Of a DNA stretch of 64,000 nucleotides, positions 41,101 through 51,516 are shown piece after piece. The position numbers were made by a program, and so were the translations under genes. The stretch is from Sphyrna mokarran (lineage: Eukaryota): NCBI GenBank assembly GCA_024679065.1, contig JAGIQG010000005.1, positions 85,560,001 to 85,624,000 on the forward strand, written 5' to 3'. The notes beneath the pieces were generated by a model that was not told where the DNA came from, searched no databases, and saw only the letters and a list, made by a program, of their open reading frames with translations. Every line of letters starts with the position of its first letter. The first letter of the stretch is position 1.

Positions 41101-42111
41101 CCAGTAAGAAGTCTCTCAATGCCAGGTTAAAGTCCAACAAGTTTATTTGATAGTAAACCCACTAGTTTTTGGGGTTTGCCCCTTTGTCAGGTGAGTGGAA
41201 AATCTGTCACAAACAGAGCATATAAAGGCATGTACAGTCCATGTCATAACAGTCAGGGACACCCAGACTCCATGAATGAATTTAAAATATTATTAAATGT
41301 ACCTTAAGTTTTGCATGTATTCTTTACATGTAGTTAAGTAAGGATACGTTATGATGACCTATGAAAATTCTGTGTAGACTTACAATTTTTAAAAAACTGA
41401 ATCAGGCTGACATTTAGACAATGAAATAGCTGTGTTTCAATCATTGACTTCAAAGATTCAATTTTGAAACTTCATATAATCTATGTTAATACTCCATGTC
41501 CACTTGTGTGGAAATTTCACAGTAGTTTCATTGTAGTGTTAATGTAAACCATACTTGTGACTAATAAATAAACTTTTACTTTTTGCTAGCCAGAGAAGAG
41601 TAGGACAGTTCTTCCTTTTGAGCTGGCCAACATTTATCCCTTAAACACCCAAAACAACTTAACTGGCCATTCATTACATTTGCTGTTTGTAAGAACTTGC
41701 TCTCTGTAGAAATTTGTGTAGAAATAATAATATCATGTTTTCTTGAATTAGAAAGGGTCTACACTTGTAAAAAAAATAATCAGTTGGCTGATTCGGGTTG
41801 CGGGAACTCCTGAGGAAGTGAAAATTGTGATACAAATGCAAGTTTGTTCTTTCTAATTACTGTTTTGCTATGCTAATTTATATAACATTGCTTGCAATAC
41901 TTAGATTATAGACTCCTTAAGAATAACAATGGTAATAAACCATTGTATGTATGATATAGTCTATCCTCGTAACTGTTTATTCTGATGTTTGATCTGTACA
42001 TGAGCACAATCAAAAATGAAATTGTTATTATTTTGAGTTTAAGGTAGGCTGTCTGATGTCTAAAGATTTCTGTTTCAGTAACTTTTTTCAAATCTTTTCT
42101 TTACAGGCCTT

Positions 42112-45100
42112 ATGTGTTCAACTTTTACTCTACCTGTTCATAACTTACACCTTGACCTGAGTATAACCCATGTGGAATGTTGTCCAGAAAACATATTAGT
42201 ACATTTCTGGGCTCGGTACAACAACGTGTGTGAATTGGACTATCACATATTGCACAGTGAAGTGCAGAATGCAGCAAAGATTAATGCCAACATTGCAGTT
42301 GGTGAGTTTTGTTTCGCAGAGGATGTTTACAATGCAGGATGGCATCGAGGAAGGGTAATAAGAAAAGATAAAGAATCATACAAAGTATTTCTCATAGATG
42401 TTGGTATAACATTGACAGTTGATTCAAGGCACATTGCTACTGCCGAAGAGAATTTATTTCAATTGCCACCAAAAGTAGTATGTGGCATATTTGCCAATAT
42501 AGTGCCAGTGAAAGGAACATGGTCCCCAGCAGCAGTTAAGTATTTTTCATCACTGGTAACCTTTAGAATCAAAGGTCACATTGAAGACATCTTAATGGAA
42601 CAAATTATGTTGGTGGATGTCCCCAATATTAACCAAAAGCTCTTTGAACTTGGTTTAGCAAAAATCCTTGATGGCAGTACTTTTCATTTTGTACTGGAAA
42701 TTTCAGGAGATTTACTTGGATGTTCTGGCAGTGAAAATCCTAAAACCCGGAGCATAAATAAATGCTGCAGGAAGCCTGTGCTTGATAAAACAATTATATT
42801 ATCTCCTAGTTTCCAACGTATTCTGGGTGTTTTGAGTCCCAGTTTGCAAACCGGTGTTACAGAGACAGTGAAAATAACATCTGCTTCAGGTCTTCATAAC
42901 TTCTACTGCCAATTGAAAAGGCTGGCTTCAGAGCTTGAAGCAATGTCCAGAGATTTGCATTGTTACTATGAAAATGAAGGAAAAAAATTAAATGATGAAC
43001 CTGTTGACAATTTTGGTGCACTTTGTGCTGCAAAAGGTAAAGATGGAAAATGGTATAGGGGAGTTGTAAAGAAACTTTTAACCTCTGGCCAAATAGAAAT
43101 TTGGTTCATGGATTATGGAAGGACTGAAATTGTATTTCCCGATCATATCAAAAAATTGAAGCCAAACTTTTTTATGATGCCACTGATGTCATTTCCTTGT
43201 GCACTAACTGGCTTATCAAACCAAACAGAACAATGGATAAAATTGCAAACTCAAATTATTAAAGAATCTTTGTTTGAGGAAACATTGACTATTTGCATTG
43301 ATTCCTACTCCTGTGAAGAGCACTTGTACTATGTTACACTTTACAAGCAGAAGAACATTATTACGCATCAGATGACTGAAATGTTGGCAGAAGTAAATCC
43401 AGAGGAAAATAAGGATATCAATGGACAATTTGGAAAATTTCCAGAAACTAAAATGACAGCAACTGGGAAATGTAATTCAATGCATCATAGATTAGCATCT
43501 GTTGGGATGAAAATAAATGCTTCCTATATTGGATTTGTTGAATATGTAGTTAACCCATCTGACTTTTGGATTCGAACATCGGAACACAATGACGAATTTG
43601 AATGCTTAATGATCAACATTACAAACCACTATAGCAATATTGGCATAAATGAAGAACTCCTTCAGGAACCAGTACCTGGTCTGTTTTGCTGTGCTAGATA
43701 TAGCAAAGACCTACATTACTACAGAGCAATTATTACTGAAGTACTTGACAACCAACTGAGAGTGTTCTTTGTTGATTTTGGAAATGCTGAAATTGTAGCA
43801 CTTAGTGCTGTGAAATGTCTGCTTCCTGAGTATACAAATTTACCAGCTTTGGCTATGAATTGTTCTCTTGCTCATATTTTTCCAATTGAAGAAGTGTGGA
43901 CGAAAGATGCCACTAATTTTTTTAAGAAAATAGTATTCAATAAACAGCTTTTTATTGAAGTAATCTCAAGACAGGGCAGCAAATATATGATTGATATGGA
44001 AGATATGGAATGCAGAGAGCAGTCAACTATTAGTGTACTAATGCTTCAAGCTGGATATGCTGATTTTTGGAACGTGCAGTCAGGCAGTACATTGCTTCAA
44101 CATGGATGTATGCTGAAATCTTTGGGAGCTAGGGCAACCAAATCAACCACAAGTGAGACAAGGCTATACACAGATAAAAACTTGGTGTTGAAAAATTCAC
44201 GTGGCATTCCAGCATCAAACATTCTGGCACCTGCTTTATTTCCAGCTGGTACAATGAGTAATAATTTCTCATATGTACGTCTTACCATGCCAACTTGGAA
44301 TAAAGAATCCAAAATAGCATCACCGTATAAACAACAAGTGTTTAAACTTGGGTCTGTTCTAGATGTGAGAGTATCTCATGTAAATTCTCCAGCAGAATTT
44401 TGGTGCCAACTTCAAAGTAACGCAGATCAACTTCAATTACTTATGAGGAATTTACAGCTTTATTACAGTACTCCAAGGGACGCTTTTCAACTTGGACGTA
44501 TTGGGTGTGTTGCAAGACACCCTGAAGATGGTCAGTGGTATAGAGCATCAGTTATCCAAAGGAATTTTCTAAAGGAAGAGGTTACTGTATTGTTGGTTGA
44601 TTATGGTATGCAGCAAGAAATAGCTTTGAAAAATCTTTGTGCTATCAATCCAGACTTTCTTCAACTCGAAGGACAGGCATTTAGATGTACCCTTAACAGC
44701 ATAATTCAATCTGTAAACCAGGACCCTTCTGTTTGGGATAAAATTTCCTGTAATACATTTAAGCACTTCATTGACAATAATTTAATTTCTGGTGAATGTC
44801 TGAAATGCACAATATTTGCTGTGGGTCTGATGGATAGAAAGGGTTTGTGTAATGTGGTAGACCTTCATACACCAATAATGAATGTATGCCAGTTACTTTT
44901 GGATATGGGGCTAGCTACTTGTGTTGAATCACCATGTTCATTTAGTCCCTCAGTTCAGCTATACACACCTTATTACAGTGACCATGGTATAAAAATTGGA
45001 AGTGAAGAAAAGGTGTATGTAACTCATGTGTCTAGTCTGTCAAAATTCTATTGTCAACTTGATAAACACACTTTAATTTTGGATACACTTAGGACTGAAG

Positions 45101-48100
45101 TGGACATTGTTAGCAAGCAAATGCAAGGACAAAGACTAGATCTTGACAAAACCAGCATGTGTTTAGCCAGATATTTTGAAGATGGTCAGTGGTACCGTGC
45201 TATAGCACGTTCTGTGTATTCACCTGAACATTTTAAAGTGTTTTTCATAGACTATGGAAACACAGAGATAGTTGATAAAAATGATGTGGTTCCAATTCCT
45301 GAAGATGCAAAAAATCTGATTTTGATACCAATGCAAGCAGTGAAGTGTTCTTTGTCTCTTAGTCTTCCAAAACCGTCAGATGAATGTATTGCCTTATTCA
45401 AACAAACTGTAATGGGAAAACCTCTAACAGCCTTTGTGATAGCTAAGAAGTCTGATGGTCATTTGGTTCTTAAGCTTTATGATGAAAGTGTGAAAATCAG
45501 TTCTCAAATAACAGAACAAGACATGCACCATTATCAAAGAGACATGTTGTGCCTTGATGAAACAACACGGCAAAGTAGCAATTCTCTCCATCCAGCAAAA
45601 AACGATTCTTCCGCAAAACAAATGGTAACTGGGCAACCTGGTTACTTAGCACAGTTGATCAAAGAAACAAACAAACTGATTCGTTCCTATATTGGACATA
45701 AAAATAAAGACCAGAACCACAGCCTTATAAAGGAAAATACACCATGCAAGAGAGGAAAACATTGCAAAAATAAATGCTCAAAGCATTGCCAGAATGAAAT
45801 TATCCCTAAATTTACTGCACAGTTAGCAAAACTGAAAACAACATGTAACAGAAAGAAATCGGGTGAAACAGACCAGGTAGGCAAGGCAACATTCCAACAT
45901 GGGAAGACTAAGATGGCATCACGTTATGTAATTAACCCTAAGGAGACATTGCCATCTGCTATACTTTGTCACCTTGTGCAAAACATGCCTGCAAAACACA
46001 AGGCAGTGGATCGTTTTGAAATGATTGGTAGATCTAGAAAACGTTGTCAGAGCAAACGCCTTCTTCAAAGTCTGACAGATTTGCCTCAAGCTAAGCTGGT
46101 CACTAGATTAAAGTTTGAAAAATATATTGGATGTGGAAATAGTTCTTCAGACTACTTCATAGAACTGGTACTTAATGAGTACAGGACCCCAGATCTTGTA
46201 AAAAAGGCGAGTGACGCAACATTTGCTGAAACTTATCTTAAGGATTTTCAGAGTAAACATGGAAGTGATGATATGGATGTGTCTGTAGAAAATGAATCTT
46301 TGCATTCTGCTTTTGTAAAAGAAATCAAATTAAATCCATTGTGCATAAAGTTAATGGATTTTGCCAATATGTCAGATTTGACTACTTTGGAAACTGGTCT
46401 GCTTAAGAAATTCTTGAAGTCAAAATTGCAGGGTACACAATCTGATGGATTGTGGTGTTCTCAAATTGTTTCACATTTTACAAATGAATTAACTAAGGAA
46501 TATATAATTTGTGAGTTTGTGCAACAGTCTAGTCAGTTTTGGAAGGTACATCTCAGTCATTGTACTCCATCCTCAGATGACAAATTCTTAAGTGAGATGG
46601 CAACCAGCATGTCAAGCAACCAGAAGGCACTCAGTAAAGCATTAGAAAAAGAAATCTCTATTTCTGAGCTAGCTGCATCTTTACAGGACTTTAGAAATGC
46701 ACCTGAGAAAATTAGCATTGAGGATCAACACAAATGTACAAAAATTATGTCTTATGTGCAACAGTATAAAGATAACAAAGAATATGCATTTTGGACAGGC
46801 AAAAAATTACTTGAGAAGCTTGTGTGTTCAAGAAAAATGGCTTTGCTTGTTAAAGCTGTCTCTTTAAATGTGTCAAATAATGACAATCTCAGTATTAAAC
46901 TTAATGCAAGTACTGAGGAGTTGTTTCCTTTAACTGTGGCTGTTGATGTAAAAAGAAAAAATGTGTCATCACTTGCAATTAAAAGAAAAAAATCTCACTC
47001 GCAACAATTTTCAGAACAGGACAAATCCATAATCAAACTTCTTTACTTGGAAGATAAAAGGGAATTTTATAGTACTGACATTTTATTACAATGGCTTAAA
47101 GTATCAAATGACAGTATTTTGAACTTTACTGAACAAGTCCTTATTCGTCCAAGGAATACCACTAAAAATTTTCAGCTGCTATTAAAACAATATCTAATAT
47201 CGTCTCCCAAGTTTGTATTAAATGATCAGAAATTTATTGAATTGCTTCAAAAATTGGATTCTGGATTTTGGGAGGTTGCGATTAGCCAAGATGCCACTTC
47301 TCTTATTGAAAAATATCAAGCAATGGTCCAAAGAAATGACACAATTATCACTTTGCAAAATTGTTCACCAAATTTAGATGGAAGCATAAATAAAATTGTT
47401 TTGTATCAATTCCTGCAAAAGCAATGTTTGAAGTCATCAAAAATGCTGCTTTCTGGTGATAACAACATAATATCATTGAATCCAGTTTTGTGTGGTAGCA
47501 TTGAAACTAGAATAGGGTACACCGGCTTTGCTACTTCTGTGATTGACCCTTCAGAACTCTACATTCAGCTTGAAAATACCTTTGGAATAATGGAAACACT
47601 GTCTTCACTCCTTGCTCAGCTATCAGATGATTTTCATCCTTTACCTCATGCCTTATTGAATCCTGGTGTAAGTTGCCTAATCAAGCTTGGCATAGATGAG
47701 CAGTGGTCTATGGTGGAAGTCTCTGAACAGTTTGTCCTTGTTAGAACTGTTGATTGTGGACATTATATTTTTGTACCATCTTCAGATTTGAGCAGACTGA
47801 GAGAACTTCCTCAACAACTTGCAAAAATCCCATGTCTAACTAACCACTGCAGTTTAAGCAGTGTGGTGCCTTCAGTTGGATGTAATTGGACAGATAAAAC
47901 CATTATTTTCTTTCAGAAATCCTTAAGCGAACAGATTTTGACTGTATTTTTCAGACAGCATAATCCTAAGTTGCTTTGGGAAGTAGATCTTGTTGTAAAT
48001 AATAGGAGTATTGCAGAAGATTTGCATGCTGCAGGACATGCTGCTTTTCTGAAAGAAACTAACAATTGCTTTACGGAAGATTCGGTTAGCAGCTCTGAGA

Positions 48101-48234
48101 GCTTTCAAGTACTGACTGAACCTATTTTCCAGCAACAAATTGACAAAAGCAATGATGAGCTTCCAGTGGTTTTACGAAATGAAGAGCCTGTCGTGGAGAA
48201 ATTAGACTCCAGTTACTCAATAAAATGTGAGTAG
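42112..48234 (+). CDS. tdrd15: Tudor domain-containing protein 15 (multi-extended-Tudor germline protein), single large coding exon, 2040 aa
   Basis: Uninterrupted 6.1-kb ORF. The N-terminus (LDLSITHVECCPENILVHF..CELDYHILHSEVQ..GEFC..WHRGRV..FLIDVG..NLFQLPPKVVCGIFANIVP..WSPAAVKYFSSLV) matches vertebrate TDRD15 as I recall it. It has five clear Tudor cores (C.A..DG.WYRA..V.F+DYGN type) plus degenerate C-terminal ones. Confidence 0.93.
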   Translation: MCSTFTLPVHNLHLDLSITHVECCPENILVHFWARYNNVCELDYHILHSEVQNAAKINANIAVGEFCFAEDVYNAGWHRGRVIRKDKESYKVFLIDVGITLTVDSRHIATAEENLFQLPPKVVCGIFANIVPVKGTWSPAAVKYFSSLVTFRIKGHIEDILMEQIMLVDVPNINQKLFELGLAKILDGSTFHFVLEISGDLLGCSGSENPKTRSINKCCRKPVLDKTIILSPSFQRILGVLSPSLQTGVTETVKITSASGLHNFYCQLKRLASELEAMSRDLHCYYENEGKKLNDEPVDNFGALCAAKGKDGKWYRGVVKKLLTSGQIEIWFMDYGRTEIVFPDHIKKLKPNFFMMPLMSFPCALTGLSNQTEQWIKLQTQIIKESLFEETLTICIDSYSCEEHLYYVTLYKQKNIITHQMTEMLAEVNPEENKDINGQFGKFPETKMTATGKCNSMHHRLASVGMKINASYIGFVEYVVNPSDFWIRTSEHNDEFECLMINITNHYSNIGINEELLQEPVPGLFCCARYSKDLHYYRAIITEVLDNQLRVFFVDFGNAEIVALSAVKCLLPEYTNLPALAMNCSLAHIFPIEEVWTKDATNFFKKIVFNKQLFIEVISRQGSKYMIDMEDMECREQSTISVLMLQAGYADFWNVQSGSTLLQHGCMLKSLGARATKSTTSETRLYTDKNLVLKNSRGIPASNILAPALFPAGTMSNNFSYVRLTMPTWNKESKIASPYKQQVFKLGSVLDVRVSHVNSPAEFWCQLQSNADQLQLLMRNLQLYYSTPRDAFQLGRIGCVARHPEDGQWYRASVIQRNFLKEEVTVLLVDYGMQQEIALKNLCAINPDFLQLEGQAFRCTLNSIIQSVNQDPSVWDKISCNTFKHFIDNNLISGECLKCTIFAVGLMDRKGLCNVVDLHTPIMNVCQLLLDMGLATCVESPCSFSPSVQLYTPYYSDHGIKIGSEEKVYVTHVSSLSKFYCQLDKHTLILDTLRTEVDIVSKQMQGQRLDLDKTSMCLARYFEDGQWYRAIARSVYSPEHFKVFFIDYGNTEIVDKNDVVPIPEDAKNLILIPMQAVKCSLSLSLPKPSDECIALFKQTVMGKPLTAFVIAKKSDGHLVLKLYDESVKISSQITEQDMHHYQRDMLCLDETTRQSSNSLHPAKNDSSAKQMVTGQPGYLAQLIKETNKLIRSYIGHKNKDQNHSLIKENTPCKRGKHCKNKCSKHCQNEIIPKFTAQLAKLKTTCNRKKSGETDQVGKATFQHGKTKMASRYVINPKETLPSAILCHLVQNMPAKHKAVDRFEMIGRSRKRCQSKRLLQSLTDLPQAKLVTRLKFEKYIGCGNSSSDYFIELVLNEYRTPDLVKKASDATFAETYLKDFQSKHGSDDMDVSVENESLHSAFVKEIKLNPLCIKLMDFANMSDLTTLETGLLKKFLKSKLQGTQSDGLWCSQIVSHFTNELTKEYIICEFVQQSSQFWKVHLSHCTPSSDDKFLSEMATSMSSNQKALSKALEKEISISELAASLQDFRNAPEKISIEDQHKCTKIMSYVQQYKDNKEYAFWTGKKLLEKLVCSRKMALLVKAVSLNVSNNDNLSIKLNASTEELFPLTVAVDVKRKNVSSLAIKRKKSHSQQFSEQDKSIIKLLYLEDKREFYSTDILLQWLKVSNDSILNFTEQVLIRPRNTTKNFQLLLKQYLISSPKFVLNDQKFIELLQKLDSGFWEVAISQDATSLIEKYQAMVQRNDTIITLQNCSPNLDGSINKIVLYQFLQKQCLKSSKMLLSGDNNIISLNPVLCGSIETRIGYTGFATSVIDPSELYIQLENTFGIMETLSSLLAQLSDDFHPLPHALLNPGVSCLIKLGIDEQWSMVEVSEQFVLVRTVDCGHYIFVPSSDLSRLRELPQQLAKIPCLTNHCSLSSVVPSVGCNWTDKTIIFFQKSLSEQILTVFFRQHNPKLLWEVDLVVNNRSIAEDLHAAGHAAFLKETNNCFTEDSVSSSESFQVLTEPIFQQQIDKSNDELPVVLRNEEPVVEKLDSSYSIKCE

Positions 48235-48932
48235 TGATTTTCTAAAATCTTCTTCGTATTGCATTACCTGGCATTGCTATATGTTTCATAAATAGCAGAA
48301 ATGAATGCCTTTTGAATTTGGCAAAGATTTTGCAAATTTAAAATATTGCAAAATGCTTGCTGTATTTAATTCAACGTATTTTGAAAAATTATCACAAATG
48401 CGGAAGATCTTTGAGTTACATGAAAGTTACAATTGCAGTAAATATCATTGACTGTTGTTCTTGAATAGCACCTAGGATAATAGCTCATTTTCAAGCACTA
48501 ATGGCTAAAGCTACAAACTTGTTCTGGATGTCTTCTGTGAGAAAAGTGCCTAATATCCCATCTATTTCTGGCCTTGTAAGGCTTATGCATATAATTTATC
48601 CTCTTCAACTCACCTAATTGAAATTATTTGTCAACATGTGCCCATTCAGTCACAATCAAGTCATCCTCTAATATATGCTTTGTCAAAAGACTATGGAGCC
48701 CTTAAGTCTGAGTAGATAACTAAAGTGATAGAAACAGGCAAGCATTCTTATGGTCCTCAAAACGTCTGTCACTTATCATAAAAAGGGGGCTAAAACGAGA
48801 CGCTGTATTCTAAATTAAGTTTACAGAACTCATTAATTGAAGCCTTCAGAAAACGCTGATCCAGGATTTGTTTATCCTAGTTTTTATTTATAATTTGTAG
48901 AAATGTAATATTGAATTTGGGCCCCATTGGCA

Positions 48933-49909
48933 CTACATTTCTCTTATTGCCACATACAAGTCCATTTTCCTAACATGTGAAATTCTCCATTGATCTAAAT
49001 CAGTGCAAATTTTTACATATGCAAATTGAACAAATACCTTTGTTCACCAAAAGGTACCTTTTTGTCACCAAAAGAGAGAGTGCTGGAAATCTCAGCAGGT
49101 CTGGCAGCATCTGTAAGGAGAGAAAAGAGCTGACATTTCAAGTCCAGATGATCCTTTGTCAAAGCTGAAGAATCCTTTTTAACTTCCTGTGATATTTTGA
49201 TCTGGAGCAGTGGATCCAACATCTGTTTGAAGATACTGAAACAATTATAGGTTTTCTATGCCTGCAGTTGTGTTCACGCTTCCATCTCCATTTTGAGGAA
49301 TACATATCTGAATGGTGTGACTGCAATGCAAATGACCCAGTTTACCAAATTCAGGTACTTGTGCAAAAGTATCTAATTGAAATCTTAAAATGTTAAAAGG
49401 ATTCAGTGATGTGGAGGAGCGCAGTTTCAGTCAGTGGGTGGGAATCAGTTTTCAAATCAGGTCTGGAGTCAGGCAGGGCTGCCCTCTCTCCTCCATTCTT
49501 TGCTGAGGCCCTCAGAAGTGACCCAGGCATCAAAGGGGTGACGATCCCAGGCAGCGGAGGCACACAGGTCAAAGCCTCCCTGTACATGGATGACTTGGCT
49601 GTCTTCTGCTCGGACCCCTCGTCTGTTCGTAGGCTGCTCCAGGTCTGTGAGCAGTTCGAGCTGAAGGATTCTTCAGCTTTGACAAAGGATCATCTGGACT
49701 TGAAATGTCAGCTCTTTTCTCTCCTTACAGATGCTGCCAGACCTGCTGAGATTTTCCAGCACACTCTCTTTTGGTGACAAAAAGGTACCTTTTGGTGAAC
49801 AAAGGTATTTGTTCAATTTGCATATGTAAAAATTTGCACTGATTTAGATCAATGGAGAATTTCACATGTTAGGAAAATGGACTTGTATGTGGCAATAAGA
49901 GAAATGTAG
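48933..49909. repeat. Near-perfect ~245-bp inverted repeat (arms 48933-49177 and 49664-49909, ~490-bp spacer)
   Basis: The right arm is the reverse complement of the left arm. I see one substitution and one 1-nt indel. Confidence 0.95.
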
Positions 49910-51516
49910 GGAGCCAAAGTCAACCAGACTAAGAGTGAGGCCATGTTCTTTGGGAACTGGGCTGCTGAATCCTTTGTCCCCTTCACCGTCAAGGTAGATT
50001 ACCTGAAGTTGCTTGGGGATATGTTTGAGTGGCAGAGGCATGCGCCATAAAGTAGGATGAGCGCATTGCGAAAGCCAGGCAAAACTGAGCTTGTGGGAGC
50101 AACGCTCCGTCTCCATAACAGGGAAAAAAACCTGATGATCCGATGTGAGGTGCTGTCCGTGTTATTGTACGTGGTGCAAGTGTGGCTTATCCCCCAAATC
50201 CTGCTCTGCAGCAGTGACCCAGGCCATCTTCAAGTTTATCTGGAGATCAAAGATGGATTGCGTCTGGAGGGAGGCGATGTACAAATCTCCAGAGAACGGA
50301 GAGGACAAATGTTCCCAACGCTCCCCTCATCCTGTTGGCCACCTTTTGTGTGCGGCTGCATCGAGCTGTGCGTAGATCCTCGGTACACTAACAGCAAGTG
50401 CCGCTACTTTTTGAGGTTCTACCTGTCCCATGTGGAGGATGGGTCTGGCCACGCTGCCACGGAACGTTCCAAATATTTGGACTGTACCGCAGCACCTATC
50501 CTTCATGGAGAAATTTTTCCGCAAACACACCTTTGACCACATGGCGATTAGGCAATGGTCAGCTCGTAATGTCCTTGGGGCCCTAGGAGAAAAGGAGATG
50601 GTGGATCTTGTCGGATGGTTCCCTGAGCAGACTGTCAATGTCATCTGGCAGAACGCTCATTATGTAGAGATACTGGCGTTGGACTGGGGTGAACGCAGTA
50701 AGAAGTCTGACAACACTGGGTTTAAATTCTGGTTTAAGTCAGTTGGACTTAAACCTGGTGTTGTCAGACTTTTTACTGAGAACACTCATTACCAGAGCTC
50801 ACAAACAAGCACCAAGATCTGGCTTGGCTGGTGGTGAGAAGAGTACTCCCCTTCAGATCCTTTATGGATGCTCAAGGTCTCAACATAATTGTACGCTGCC
50901 CTCAAAGCGGCCGCAGGGCTAATGAGACGGTCGCACACCTCCTAGTGGAATGTGCCTTTGCAAAGAAGGTCCAGAGTGAGGTGCAGTAGTGTTTGTCCCA
51001 AGCAGCTCGGTGACGCAGGACTCTGTGCACTTTGGGCAGTTTTCAGGGACGCACACTGAGACAAACATCAGCTGCTGCTGGAGGGTTATCAGCTTGGTGA
51101 AGGACACACTTTGGTCTTCCTGAAACTTGCTGATCTCCCAGCTGAAAGAACTGTCCTTCTCCGAGTGTTGCAGACTGGCAAGTTCCCAGGTCCAGGACTA
51201 CATGCTGAGAGATGTGCTGAAGTTTGGGGCAGCCGCCGCAAAGGCACAATGGGATAAGGCCGACAAACAGGCATTCCAAGGGCCCGGGAACTGCAGAATA
51301 CCCTCAGCCTGTGTAACTGTGTGCCAATCTGACAAATAACAGCACACAGTAAATTTTGAGGCATGTATATAGTTTTAAGTTTTGAAATGTAATGACTAAT
51401 TTGTGTACTACTGTAAAAATGTTTTTATTCTGCACTGTTTGCAATTTTTAGATATGTAGGTTTGCAATAGTTTAATTGAGATTTTTATGAATAAAGTATA
51501 TTTTTGAAAGAAAAAA
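49405..51516 (+). mobile_element. 5'-truncated L1-clade (Tx1-like) LINE: RT C-terminus, CCHC finger, 3' UTR and poly(A)
   Basis: KSG+RQGCPLSP-like; GVTIPGSGGTQVKASLYMDDLAVF; GAKVN; CPQSGRRANETVAHLLVECAFAK; AATAAA near 51490 followed by an A-rich tail. Frameshifted. Confidence 0.9.
50663..50779. mobile_element. Short palindromic Penelope-like/MITE-like insertion within the L1
   Basis: Flanked by gaacgctcatta (50651-50662) and gaacactcatta (50780-50791). Arms cagtaagaagtctgacaacac and gtgttgtcagactttttactg. Related copies near 38515 and 41102. Confidence 0.75.

Noticed and set aside
43216-48138. Short antisense ORFs inside tdrd15
   Set aside because: Shadow ORFs of the long sense CDS.
48219-48224. 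AATAAA at the end of the tdrd15 ORF as its poly(A) signal
   Set aside because: It lies inside the coding sequence just before the stop and would leave almost no 3' UTR. It is more simply explained by the Ser-Ile-Lys codons.
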